DNA from: an uncultured Thermoleophilia bacterium
GTDB lineage: Bacteria; Actinomycetota; Thermoleophilia; Gaiellales; Gaiellaceae
DNA: 64,000 bases
Direction of reading: 5' to 3'
Assembly (NCBI GenBank): GCA_963774355.1
Contig: CAVZER010000008.1
Coordinates: forward strand, 28,930 to 92,929
The translations under genes and the position numbers were made by a program. The notes under the pieces were generated by a model that was not told the origin of the DNA, made no database searches, and saw only the letters and a program-made list of their open reading frames with translations. Within the stretch, counting starts at the first letter, position 1. Every line of letters begins with the position of its first letter. Shown here piece after piece: positions 1 through 10,861 of the stretch.

Positions 1-363
1 TCGATCACACCGGCCGCGCGCTGCGACACGACCATCGCCGCGGTGTCGAGGATGTCCTGGCTCGTCGCGCCGCGGTGCACGTCGCCGGCGTGCTCGTCGC
101 CGACCTGAGCCTTGAGCGCGCGGACGAGCGGCTCGACGGGATTGCCCGGCGGCACGACCTTGCTCTGCGAGCTCGTGCTCGTCGTAGAGGTCGGCGTGAC
201 AGGCGGCCGCGATCATGGCGGCGGAGCCCGAGGAGACGAGACCGGCCTGCGACGCCGCGACGGCGAGCGCACGCTCGGCCGCGAGCAGCGCCTCCAGCCA
301 GGCGCGGTCCGAGACCGCGTCCGCGGCGTCCGCGGGCACGAAGATCGCTTCGAAGGTCGTCAC
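1..363 (-). pseudogene. 3-carboxy-cis,cis-muconate cycloisomerase-like lyase (PcaB type, fumarase/aspartase superfamily), 5' part; continues past window edge; frame broken near 145-148
   Basis: GTG at 363 opens VTTFEAIFVPADAADAVSDRAWLEALLAAERALAVAASQAGLVSSGSAAMIAAACHADLYDEHELAEQGRAAG. The family-typical GNPVEPLVRALKAQVGDEHAGDVHRGATSQDILDTAAMVV follows in another frame. One extra G in the run at 145-148 reconciles the two. Confidence 0.7.
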
Positions 364-376
364 GCGGTGAACGGAA

Positions 377-1093
377 TCACGCTGCCTCGAGCATGCGCAA
401 TGCCGCGAGCTCGATCAGCGAGGGCGCCTCGGTGACGCGCAGGTCGTCCGCGACGCGCAGATCCCAACCGGTCGCCGCGCGGACGTCGTCGACCGCGACG
501 GAAGGGTGCACCGACGTCAGCGTCAGCTCGCCGTCGCGCGGCTCGAGCACGCCGAGGTCGGTGACGACGACCCGGACGCGATCGCCGAGACTCGTCGTGA
601 AGTCGAGCTGCTCGACGAACGCGCGGCGTGACTGGCGGAGCAGCACGAAGACGTCCTTCACGCCGGTCGCGATCTCCGGCGCGCCGCCGCCGCCCGGAAG
701 CCGGACGGCCGGATGGTCGTAGTCGCCGATCACCGTCGAGTTGAGGTTGCCGTGGCGGTCGATCTGCGCCGCGCCGAGGAAGCCGATGTCGATTCTCCCG
801 CCCTGAAGCCAGTAGCCGAACATCTCGGGCACGGAGACGACCGAGACGGCCGTCTCCGCCAGCTCGCCGTCGCCGATCGAGAGCGGAAGACGCTCGGGCT
901 TGGCGCCGATCGTGCCGCTCTCGTAGACGAGCACGCACTCCGGGGCGTGCGTCCGGCGGGCGAGATTCGCGGCCACGCTGGGCAGGCCGATGCCGACGAA
1001 GCACACCATGCCGTCCCGGAGCCGCCGCGCGGCCTCGACGGCCATCATCTCGTCGGCCGTGTAGTCGCTCGCGCGTCCTGGGATCCCGTTCAC
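377..1093 (-). CDS. CoA-transferase subunit B (3-oxoadipate/glutaconate CoA-transferase beta-subunit family)
   Basis: 238-aa ORF with YTADEMMAVEAARRLRDGMVCFVGIGLPS...ESG...GGGAPE typical of family I CoA-transferase beta subunits. It lies 13 nt upstream of the pcaB-like gene and divergent from an IclR regulator. Confidence 0.8.
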   Translation of the reverse strand: MNGIPGRASDYTADEMMAVEAARRLRDGMVCFVGIGLPSVAANLARRTHAPECVLVYESGTIGAKPERLPLSIGDGELAETAVSVVSVPEMFGYWLQGGRIDIGFLGAAQIDRHGNLNSTVIGDYDHPAVRLPGGGGAPEIATGVKDVFVLLRQSRRAFVEQLDFTTSLGDRVRVVVTDLGVLEPRDGELTLTSVHPSVAVDDVRAATGWDLRVADDLRVTEAPSLIELAALRMLEAA

Positions 1094-1165
1094 GCCGGCA
1101 TCTCGGGCACGATTATCACGCCCGTTCTTGTCCGATTGTCAAGATGCTGTTCTAATAGACGGAAC

Positions 1166-1975
1166 ATGGCGGGCGCGTCGTACTCCCAGTCGCTCGAACG
1201 GGGGCTGGCGATTCTCTCGGCGTTCAGGTCCGGCCGGCCGCTCCTCGGCATCTCGGAGCTGGCGCGGGAGATCGGCCTCGGCCGGTCGACGACGCACCGC
1301 TACGTCGCCACGCTCGCCGCGCTCGGCTACCTCCAGCAGGACCCGGGGACACGCAAGTACCGGCTCGGCCCCCGCGTCCTCGACCTCGGCTTCTCGGCGA
1401 TCAACTCGATGGAGCTGCGTGAGCTCGCTGCGCCGCACCTGCAGCAGCTGAGCGACGAGAGCGGGTTCACCGTCAACATGGCGGTGCTCGACGGCGTCGA
1501 CATCGTCTACGTGGAGCGCTGCCGCAGCTCGCGTGCCGGCCAGCGCGAGATCGACCTCAACCTGCACGTCGGATCGCGGATGCCCGCCTACTGCACCTCG
1601 ATGGGCAAGGTGCTGCTCGCGTTCCTCGGGCCGGGCGAGCGCGACGCGCTGATCGACGGCTCGATCCTGCAGCGGCGCGGGCCGAACACGCTCACCACGC
1701 GCCGGTCGCTGCACGCCGAGCTCGAGCGCGTGCGGCGCGAGGGCTTCGCGATCAACAACGAGGAGCTCGCCTACGGCCTGCGCTCGATCGCGGCGCCGGT
1801 GCGCGGCCACGACGGCGCGGTCGAGGCGGCGGTCAACCTCGCGGTGCACAGCTCGATGGTGTCGATGCAGGAGCTCGTCGCCCGGCTGACACCGGCGCTC
1901 CTGAAGACGGCGGCGGAGATCTCGGCCCGAGCGGGCTACCGGCATCAGCCGGCGGAGATGTACTCGGTCAGGTAG
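1166..1975 (+). CDS. IclR-family transcriptional regulator (PcaR-like by context)
   Basis: ATG at 1166 inside the longer ORF 713-1975. MAGASYSQSLERGLAILSAF..ISELAREIGLGRSTTHRYVATL is an IclR wHTH followed by an effector domain. The gene is divergent from the CoA-transferase/pcaB genes. Confidence 0.85.
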   Translation: MAGASYSQSLERGLAILSAFRSGRPLLGISELAREIGLGRSTTHRYVATLAALGYLQQDPGTRKYRLGPRVLDLGFSAINSMELRELAAPHLQQLSDESGFTVNMAVLDGVDIVYVERCRSSRAGQREIDLNLHVGSRMPAYCTSMGKVLLAFLGPGERDALIDGSILQRRGPNTLTTRRSLHAELERVRREGFAINNEELAYGLRSIAAPVRGHDGAVEAAVNLAVHSSMVSMQELVARLTPALLKTAAEISARAGYRHQPAEMYSVR

Positions 1976-2382
1976 CGGATCTGGAAGCTCTGCTGTTCGG
2001 ACTGCTTCCGCACGAGGTCGCCGATCGAGATCATCCCGACGACTCTGTCGTCCTCGACGACGGGAACGTGGCGGATGCGGCGGTCGGTCATCAGCGCCAT
2101 CGCCTCCTCGACCTCGGTCTCCGGCGTGATCACGACGACGGGCGAGGTCATCACCTCGCGCACCGGCGTCTCGCGCTCGCCGAGCCCTTGCACCGCCACG
2201 CGGCGCAGGTAGTCCCGCTCGGTGAAGATCCCCTCGACGTCGTTCAGGTCTTCGCCCGCGACGAGGATCGCGCCGACGTTGGCCTCGACCATCGCCCGCA
2301 CGGCCTCGATCACGGTCGTGCTGCCGTCGATCCGGATCACGTTGGCGCCCTTCTCCTCGAGGATCTTCGCGACGGTGGCCAT
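1945..2382 (-). CDS. CBS domain-containing protein
   Basis: 145-aa ORF with a tandem CBS pair pattern (GIFTERDYLRRV ... VGMISIGDLV). Confidence 0.8.
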   Translation of the reverse strand: MATVAKILEEKGANVIRIDGSTTVIEAVRAMVEANVGAILVAGEDLNDVEGIFTERDYLRRVAVQGLGERETPVREVMTSPVVVITPETEVEEAMALMTDRRIRHVPVVEDDRVVGMISIGDLVRKQSEQQSFQIRYLTEYISAG

Positions 2383-2437
2383 CCCACAGCATTCCGATCA
2401 GAGGCCCACCCGTGTCAAGGCTCGCCGTTAGGGTCAG

Positions 2438-3403
2438 TTGAAGATGAGCAGCGTCGAGGTGCTGACGATGGGGCGGATCGGGGTCGATCTCTATCCGGAG
2501 CAGATCGGCGTGCGCCTCGCCGACGTCCAGACGTTCCGCAAGATGCTCGGCGGCAGCGCGACGAACGTGGCGGTCGCGGCGGCGCGGTACGGCCGGCGGT
2601 CTGCGGTGATCACGAAGGTCGGTGACGATCCGTTCGGCCCCTATGTCCGCGAGGCGCTTCAGGGGTTCGGCGTCGACCCGGCACGGGTCGGCACCCACCC
2701 CACGCTGCGCACCCCGGTCGTGTTCTGCGAGATCTTCCCGCCGGACGACTTTCCGCTGCTCTTCTACCGGGAACCGATGGCGCCGGACATGACGGTGGAG
2801 CCGGAAGAGCTCGATTTCGAGGAGATCGCCGAGGTGCCGCTGTTCTGGACGACCGGCACCGGCCTCTCGGGCGAGCCGAGCCGTGCGGCGACGCTGGCGG
2901 CGCTCGAGGCGCGCGGCCGCCGGTCGATCACCGTGCACGACCTCGACTACCGCCCGGGTTTCTGGCAGTCGGAGCGCGAGGCGGGCAAGTGGGGACGGCA
3001 GGCGGTGAAGCACGCGACCGTCGCGATCGGCGGCCGCGCGGAGGCCGCGCCCATCGTCGGCGACCGGTCACCCGCAGACACGGCGAGCGCGCTCCTCGAC
3101 CTCGGCGTCTCGCTCGCGATCGTCAAGCTCGGGCCCGAGGGGGTCTTCGCGGCGACGCACGACGAGCAGTTGACGGTGCCGCCCGTCCCGGTGACGGTGC
3201 TGAACGGGCTGGGGGCCGGCGACGCGTTCGGCGGCGCACTCTGCCACGGGCTGCTCGCCGGTTGGGAGCTCGAGCGGACGCTCCGCTTCGCGAACGCCGC
3301 GGGCGCGCTGGTCGCCTCGCGGCTCGGCTGCGCCGACGACATGCCGACCGCCGCCGAGGTGGACGCCCTGCTCGCCTCGGTCTCGGCACCGGTCACGGAC
3401 TGA
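2438..3403 (+). CDS. iolC: 5-dehydro-2-deoxygluconokinase (PfkB family)
   Basis: 321-aa ORF; MGRIGVDLYPEQIG...GGSATNVAV...NGLGAGDAFGGAL matches the IolC ribokinase fold. It is adjacent to iolB and iolD. Start could be TTG 2438 or ATG 2444. Confidence 0.85.
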   Translation: MKMSSVEVLTMGRIGVDLYPEQIGVRLADVQTFRKMLGGSATNVAVAAARYGRRSAVITKVGDDPFGPYVREALQGFGVDPARVGTHPTLRTPVVFCEIFPPDDFPLLFYREPMAPDMTVEPEELDFEEIAEVPLFWTTGTGLSGEPSRAATLAALEARGRRSITVHDLDYRPGFWQSEREAGKWGRQAVKHATVAIGGRAEAAPIVGDRSPADTASALLDLGVSLAIVKLGPEGVFAATHDEQLTVPPVPVTVLNGLGAGDAFGGALCHGLLAGWELERTLRFANAAGALVASRLGCADDMPTAAEVDALLASVSAPVTD

Positions 3404-4164
3404 AGGCCGGGTCGGCCGTGATGCGCCACTCGCGCACCGGGCCTGCCATCACGTTCAGGTAGTAGCTCTCGTGCCGGGCGCCGGCCGAAAACGGGTGGTA
3501 GCCGCGCGGGACGAGGACGACGTCGCCGTCCACGACCGCGACCGCCTCGTCGAGCGTGCGGTCGTCGGTGTAGACGCGCTGGAACGCGAATCCGCCCTCA
3601 GGACGCAGCCGGTGGTAGTAGGTCTCCTCGAGCAGCGTCTCGCGCGGCGGGTCGTCGACGTCGTGCTTGTGCGGCGGGTAGCTCGACCAGTGCGCCGCCG
3701 GTGTGCGCACTTCCGTGACGAGCAGCGATTCGGCCGGCTGGTCCTCCATCAGGATGTGGAAGATCGAGCGTGACTCCGCGTCGGCGCCGCGCGACTCGAA
3801 GCGGGCGTCGGCGGCCTCGAGCAGGCGCAGCTCCGCCCCGGTCCGGGCCGGCGCGGTGCAGACCGCGAAGTCGTCGCCCTCGGCCGACCATTCGATCCCC
3901 GGCGGGACGTAGAGCGCCGTCGGCGGCCCGTCGAACACCGAGGCGCGGCCGCCGACGCCGCGCCACTCCTGGCCGCCCGCTCTCAGGTCGGCGGCGGCCG
4001 GAGAGGACGACCACACACGTCTCGCGGTCGTCGAGGCGCTGCGTGACACGCCCGTCGCGGTAGACGGCGAAGCCGACGTACGTCCAGCCCGCGGACTCGG
4101 GGGTCACGCGGAGGACGCATCCGTCCGCCTCGGCGTCGTGGGTGTGCACTACGAGCTTCGTCAT
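3393..4164 (-). pseudogene. iolB: 5-deoxy-glucuronate isomerase, frame broken near 3990-4002
   Basis: The N-terminal part MTKLVVHTHDAEADGCVLRVTPESAGWTYVGFAVYRDG...ETCVVVLSG starts at ATG 4164. The C-terminal part AADLRAGGQEWRGVGGRASVFDGPPTALYVPPG...HKHD...YYLNVMAGP is ORF 3393-4049 in a different frame. The span is 772 nt (3n+1). Confidence 0.8.
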
Positions 4165-4191
4165 GGAGTTCGCAGATCGTAGAGTCGTGGC

Positions 4192-6072
<1,881 letters not shown>

Positions 6073-6082
6073 GCGCGAACCA

Positions 6083-6095
6083 CGGTGCCTGGCAC
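6083..6095. repeat. Single 13-nt palindromic unit GGTGCCTGGCACC (half copy of the dispersed 28-nt palindrome)
   Basis: Exact unit in the 27-nt convergent spacer between the iolD stop (6072) and the stop of ORF 6100-6363. Confidence 0.8.
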
Positions 6096-6099
6096 CCGG

Positions 6100-6363
6100 C
6101 TAGGCCTCCTGTCCGGGCGGCGACGTGCGCCGTCGGAGGCGGTCGCGCAGCGCCGTCCCTAGGGCCGGCTCCGGCTCCCGTTCGGGCCCCGGCTCCTCAC
6201 CGGCCCGCACGTTCCAGAGATCGATGTTCAACCGGTCGATCTCGTCGACGAGCATCGTGATCGCCTTGCCGGCGGCGCGAACCTCGTCGCGCTCGTCGGA
6301 GGCGAGCCCTGCTCCCCACGTACGGAGCAGCTCGATCTGCTCAGAGTCGAGCCGACCCGCCAT
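6100..6363 (-). CDS. hypothetical small protein (87 aa)
   Basis: ORF with GC3-rich codon usage and no recognisable family. Confidence 0.5.
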   Translation of the reverse strand: MAGRLDSEQIELLRTWGAGLASDERDEVRAAGKAITMLVDEIDRLNIDLWNVRAGEEPGPEREPEPALGTALRDRLRRRTSPPGQEA

Positions 6364-6599
6364 GGCGCGACGCTACCACTGTCGATTGGTGAGCGTGCTC
6401 GCCGTCCACAGGGCGGCCGCCGAGCGCGCTCAAACGGCGCTGGGCCAAGTGATTGGCTGTGGATAACCGCTGTGGGAAAGCACGCGCAGTCTTCCGCGGG
6501 AGGATCGCGGTCGCAGGATCGTGCCCTCTTGCACGATCGGCGTCAAGGTCAGGTTTGTATGACGACCGGCATGCCGCCCGGAACGTCGGCGAGAGTCGG

Positions 6600-6845
6600 T
6601 CAGCCGTCGAGCTTGTCGGGCTCGTCGGCGCGCGAGCGCTTCAGCTTCACCGTCGCCACCGTCGCCGCGCCGAGGGCCGCGAGCGCGATCGCACTCTTGT
6701 TCGGCTTCTTCGTCTCGGGGTCGACCGACGGCACCGTGCTCCGGGCCTTCATCTTGAGGACCTTCTTCCACCCCTGCCAGGCGATGTAGCCCATCACCGC
6801 GTTACGACGGTTGAAGACCTCGTTGCGACGTTTCGGGGGACGCAT
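6600..6845 (-). CDS. hypothetical small basic protein (81 aa; may start at the internal Met, giving 64 aa)
   Basis: ORF 10 nt downstream of lpd on the same strand, with a hydrophobic AIALAALGAATVATV segment. Confidence 0.45.
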   Translation of the reverse strand: MRPPKRRNEVFNRRNAVMGYIAWQGWKKVLKMKARSTVPSVDPETKKPNKSAIALAALGAATVATVKLKRSRADEPDKLDG

Positions 6846-6854
6846 GGCTGAACC

Positions 6855-8255
6855 TTAGACGGTTGCGCGCTTGCGGTTCGGCAGGTGGATGGCCCGGCCG
6901 AGCGCGACGAGGCCTGCCTCCTTGACCGCCTCGGAGAGCGTCGGGTGCGCCGCCATGCCGTCTGCGACCGTCTCGACGGTCGACTCGGCGTCGATCGCGA
7001 CGACTCCTGCCTCGATCAGATCGGTCACGTGCGGGCCGACCATCACGATGCCGAGCAACTCGCCGTAGCGGGTCTCGTGGATCGACTTCACCCACCCGAC
7101 GGTCTCGGCCTGCATCACTGCACGCGCGTTCGCGACCCATGGAAACGTGCCGACGGCGACGTCGTCGCCGTACTGCTCGCGCGCCTCGGCCTCGGTGAGC
7201 CCGACGCCGGCGACCTCCGGATCGGTGTAGATGGGACGTGGCACCGCGCGGTTGTTCACCGCCGCGTCGTGACCGCACGCGTTCTCGGCCGCGACCTCGC
7301 CTTCGCGGAACGCCGTGTGGGCAAGCTGCCAGTGGCCCGCGCAGTCGCCGACCGCGTAGATGTGCCCGACCGACGTCCGGCGGCGCTCGTCCGTCTCGAT
7401 CCCCTTGCGCGGATCGAACGCGACACCTGCCGCCTCGAGCCCGATGCCCTCGACGAGCGGCCCGCGCCCGACCGAGACGAGCATCAGGTCGCACTCGACG
7501 GACTCGCCGTCGCCGAACCACACGTTGAGCGCGTTCCCGCGCTGCTCGACGCCTGTGCACTGCTTGCCGAGCTGCAGCGAGATGCCGCGCTTCCCGAACG
7601 CCTTCGCGAGCTCCTTCGCCGCGTCTGCGTCCTCCTGCGGGATCAGCGTGTCGAGCATCTCGATGATCGTCACCTCGGAGCCGAAGCGGTTGAAGATCGA
7701 GGCGAACTCGGAGCCGATGATGCCGCCGCCGAGGATCACGAGCCGGCGCGGTACCTCGGTCTGCGCGAGCAGTCCTGTCGAGTCGACGCAGAGATCCGAC
7801 TCGAGCCCCGGAATCGGCGGACGGAGCGGGAACGATCCGGTCGCGATCACCGCCGACTTGAAGCGGACGTCCTCGCCGCCCGCGACGGCGATCGTGTTCG
7901 CGTCGGTCAAGCTGCCGTGGCCCTTCACCCACTCGACGCCGTTCGTCTTGAACAGGCCGGCGACACCCTGGGTCATCTGCCGGGAGACGCGGGCCTTCCA
8001 CTCGTTGGCGGCGGCGAAGTCGAGCTGTGGCTGTTCGACGCGGACGCCGAGCAAGCCGAACACCTCGTTCGCCTGGTGCAGGAACTGCGCCGTCTGGACC
8101 CAGGCTTTCGTCGGGATGCAGCCGATGCGAAGGCACGTGCCGCCGAGCTCCGGCTCCTTCTCGATGCAGGCAACGTTCGCGCCGAGCTGTGCGGCGCGGA
8201 TTGCTGCCGTGTACCCGCCGGGGCCTCCGCCCAGGACGGCAACGTCGACTTCCAT
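6855..8255 (-). CDS. lpd: dihydrolipoyl dehydrogenase (E3)
   Basis: 466 aa; GGGPGGY FAD motif, redox-active GGTCLRIGCIPTK, and a C-terminal dimerisation domain with HAHPTLSE. Confidence 0.95.
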   Translation of the reverse strand: MEVDVAVLGGGPGGYTAAIRAAQLGANVACIEKEPELGGTCLRIGCIPTKAWVQTAQFLHQANEVFGLLGVRVEQPQLDFAAANEWKARVSRQMTQGVAGLFKTNGVEWVKGHGSLTDANTIAVAGGEDVRFKSAVIATGSFPLRPPIPGLESDLCVDSTGLLAQTEVPRRLVILGGGIIGSEFASIFNRFGSEVTIIEMLDTLIPQEDADAAKELAKAFGKRGISLQLGKQCTGVEQRGNALNVWFGDGESVECDLMLVSVGRGPLVEGIGLEAAGVAFDPRKGIETDERRRTSVGHIYAVGDCAGHWQLAHTAFREGEVAAENACGHDAAVNNRAVPRPIYTDPEVAGVGLTEAEAREQYGDDVAVGTFPWVANARAVMQAETVGWVKSIHETRYGELLGIVMVGPHVTDLIEAGVVAIDAESTVETVADGMAAHPTLSEAVKEAGLVALGRAIHLPNRKRATV

Positions 8256-8305
8256 CTCGCTCTCCCTCGATTCCGTTGGGTGCCGCAGGCGATGCTAGCG
8301 CCCCT

Positions 8306-9229
8306 CTACATCACGAGGACGAGCTTGCCGAACTTCCCGCCGGCGGCGAACGCATCGTAGGCAGCCTGCGCCTCGGCGAGCGGGAACGTCCGCTCGACGG
8401 GCACGTCGACCGCTCCGCCGTCGACGAGCGGAACCACGTGACGGCCGACCCGCTGCACGACGAGCGCCTTCTCCTCGAGCCTGCGGGCCCTGAGCATCGA
8501 GCTCGAGATCCGGCCGCGCGCCCGCATCAGCAGCCCGAGCTCGAGCGTCACGCGCGACCCGCCTCCCATGCCGATCACGACGATCCTGCCGCCCTCGGCG
8601 AGCCTGCCCAGGTCGTCCGCGACGTGATCGCCGCCGACGAGCTCGAGGATCACGTCGTATTCACCGTCGACGGTCGTGCCGGCGCCGAGCGCCTCGAGCC
8701 GCTCCTTGCTGTGCCGCGCGAGCGCCGTCACCTGCGCGCCCGCCGCCACGCCGAGCTGCACGCCGGCCACTCCCACTCCTCCTGCAGCGCCGTTGACGAG
8801 CAGGCGCTCACCGGCGGCGAGCCCCGCCTGCGTGAACAGCGCGTCGTGCGCGGTCGCGAACACCTCCATGAACCCGCCCGCCTGCGGGTCGGAGAAGGCG
8901 GCAGGTGCGGGCAGCGCATGTCGCTCGTGCACGGTCACGAGCTCGGCATGGCCACCTCCACCGAGCAGTGCGACGACGCGATCGCCCTCGCGGAAGTCAC
9001 GCACGCGCGGTCCTGTCGCGACGACCTCGCCCGCGCACTCGAGCCCGGGGATGTCCGGCGGCGCACCCGGAGGCGGCGGATACCGGCCCGCGCGCTGGGC
9101 GAGATCGGCGCCGTTGATGCCGGCGGCGCGCACCCGCACGAGCACCTCGCCGTCTCCCGGAACCGGGTCCGGCCGTTGCTCGAGCTCGAGACGTCCGTCG
9201 ACGACGACCGCGGCCAGCACGCCCGGCAT
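8306..9229 (-). CDS. NADPH:quinone reductase / zinc-type alcohol dehydrogenase family oxidoreductase
   Basis: MDR-family pattern (GEVLVRVRAAGINGADL..., GAAGGVGVAGVQL). The ORF extends to 9307. I chose the Met at 9229 (MPGVLAAVV) because the longer form overlaps the divergent HAD gene. Confidence 0.8.
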   Translation of the reverse strand: MPGVLAAVVVDGRLELEQRPDPVPGDGEVLVRVRAAGINGADLAQRAGRYPPPPGAPPDIPGLECAGEVVATGPRVRDFREGDRVVALLGGGGHAELVTVHERHALPAPAAFSDPQAGGFMEVFATAHDALFTQAGLAAGERLLVNGAAGGVGVAGVQLGVAAGAQVTALARHSKERLEALGAGTTVDGEYDVILELVGGDHVADDLGRLAEGGRIVVIGMGGGSRVTLELGLLMRARGRISSSMLRARRLEEKALVVQRVGRHVVPLVDGGAVDVPVERTFPLAEAQAAYDAFAAGGKFGKLVLVM

Positions 9230-9245
9230 CGTACGGGCGGGGTCG

Positions 9246-9926
9246 ATGTACGCTCGCCGAGTGCGTGCAGCGCTCATCTTCGACCTCGACGGCACGCTGG
9301 TCGACACCGTCTACGCCCATGTGTTCGCGTGGCAGCGCGTCTTCGCGGATGCAGGGTTGCCGATCGACGGTTGGCGCATCCACCGCCGTGTCGGCATGAG
9401 CGGAGGGCTGTTCGCGCGCGCCGCCGGGCGCGAGGCGGGACGCGAGCTCTCCCCTGAGGAGGCCGACGACCTGCAGCAGCGGCACGGCGAGCTGTTTCGA
9501 GAACTGCTCCCCGAGCGCCGACCGCTGCCCGGTGCCGTCGCGCTCCTGCAGGAGCTGCGCGAGCGCGGCGTCGTGCACGGGATCGCGACGTCGGGCAGGC
9601 GGCCGGAGATCGACAAGTCGCTGGAGGCGATCGGCGTGCCACCCGAGACCGTGGTCGTCGAGCGCGGAGACGTCCTGCGCGCGAAGCCCGAGCCCGACCT
9701 GTTCCTCGCCTGCGCCGAGCGGATGGGCGTGCCGCCCGCCGAGTGCTACGTGGTCGGGGACGCGGTCTGGGACCTGCTCGCCGCCCGCCGGGCGGGGATG
9801 CTGTCGGTCGGCCTGCAGAGCGGCGGCTACGGCGAGGCGGAGCTGACCGCCTCCGGTGCGTTTCGCGTCTACCGCGACGCCGAGGAGCTGCGCATGTCGC
9901 TCGACGAGCTCGGCGTCCTGCCCTGA
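9246..9926 (+). CDS. HAD-superfamily hydrolase (phosphatase, subfamily IA-like)
   Basis: ALIFDLDGTLVDT motif I, ATSG motif II and VGDAVWD motif IV. Start is ATG 9246 or GTG 9261. Confidence 0.8.
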   Translation: MYARRVRAALIFDLDGTLVDTVYAHVFAWQRVFADAGLPIDGWRIHRRVGMSGGLFARAAGREAGRELSPEEADDLQQRHGELFRELLPERRPLPGAVALLQELRERGVVHGIATSGRRPEIDKSLEAIGVPPETVVVERGDVLRAKPEPDLFLACAERMGVPPAECYVVGDAVWDLLAARRAGMLSVGLQSGGYGEAELTASGAFRVYRDAEELRMSLDELGVLP

Positions 9927-9959
9927 CGCCTTTTCGCATCGATCCGGAGCCGACGAACG

Positions 9960-10424
9960 CTACGTGCTTGCCCACCAGACAGCGACGAGGTAAACAATCG
10001 CCGCAGCCGGAACGCAAAGCAATCCGGCCATCCACGCGACTTCTCCGACGTCTGGCCACGGCTCCTCGGTGCCGGAGAGCGTGGTAGTTCCGGCGGTGCC
10101 ATCGTCGATCGCGCGGCTGAGTACGGTTGCCGCCCAATCGAACTGAATTCGTGCCGTCGCCAGTGCTCCGCCCCCCAAGATGATCAGCGTTGCCGCTATT
10201 GCGACAAGCGCCTTGGGGGCACCGTCGGCCACGTTGCTGGCGAGTAGGCCGATCAACGCGATGAGTCCCGCACCGACCCAGAGAATCATGCTCAGACGCC
10301 ATTGGTACTGTCGAAGGCGCTTGGCATAGGTCTGCTCGGCATTCTTGGGCGCGATGCGCTGTCCGAGACGCTTTATGAACGGCTGTGGCGTGTTGGGAAG
10401 GGCAGCCACGTGAGTGTCAGGCAT
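9960..10424 (-). CDS. hypothetical membrane protein (three predicted TM helices; possibly SLATT/DUF4231-like)
   Basis: 154-aa ORF in a lower-GC islet. A basic N-terminal helix (AEQTYAKRLRQYQWRL) is followed by two close TM helices, an amphipathic helix and a C-terminal TM helix. Confidence 0.55.
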   Translation of the reverse strand: MPDTHVAALPNTPQPFIKRLGQRIAPKNAEQTYAKRLRQYQWRLSMILWVGAGLIALIGLLASNVADGAPKALVAIAATLIILGGGALATARIQFDWAATVLSRAIDDGTAGTTTLSGTEEPWPDVGEVAWMAGLLCVPAAAIVYLVAVWWAST

Positions 10425-10761
10425 GTCGAAAGCTATTGAAGATCGAGAAGGAGTGATCCAAGTACGTTTCGATCTCCGACGGCTGTAAGGGTGCGTCCGC
10501 GTAGGCGTGGCGAGCTACGACTGCGACGGTCACCATCTCTGCGAACAGTTCGGCGAACCGGTCGCTCACGTCGCCTTGACTCATGAGCCGCTTGGCTTCC
10601 GCAAGCGCCTCGGGCAGCTCGTCGGCTGAAGGGACAGGATCAACAGTCAGCCGCGCGAGCAAATCCGGTCGCGCTTCGAGGCCATGGCGCGAAGCTCGCG
10701 CGATGCCTGCCTGCACGCCGGCCGAAAAAGCAACGTTCGACGGGGGTTCCAACACTGCCAT
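10417..10761 (-). CDS. hypothetical acidic helical protein (114 aa)
   Basis: The ORF overlaps the downstream membrane-protein gene by 8 nt and shares the same lower-GC islet. No family recognised. Confidence 0.5.
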   Translation of the reverse strand: MAVLEPPSNVAFSAGVQAGIARASRHGLEARPDLLARLTVDPVPSADELPEALAEAKRLMSQGDVSDRFAELFAEMVTVAVVARHAYADAPLQPSEIETYLDHSFSIFNSFRHA

Positions 10762-10861
10762 CTCGCACCTCCCGTATGGGACATCGCAAGGCTCTCAGCG
10801 TGTGGTACGCGGGTCAAGCAACTGGGTTCACTTCCATCGAGGCCCGTAGACTGCTCGGGAG

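Noticed and set aside
1139-3013. Very long ORFs antisense to, or out of frame with, the called genes. Examples are 1139-3013(-), 3598-5745(-), 33308-34849(+), 39603-41831(+), 47748-49343(-), 34308-35987(-) and 6802-8136(-).
   Set aside because: They are Arg/Ala/Pro/Gly-rich translations typical of stop-poor alternative frames in ~70% GC DNA. Each overlaps a gene with clear family motifs, and none shows recognisable motifs of its own.
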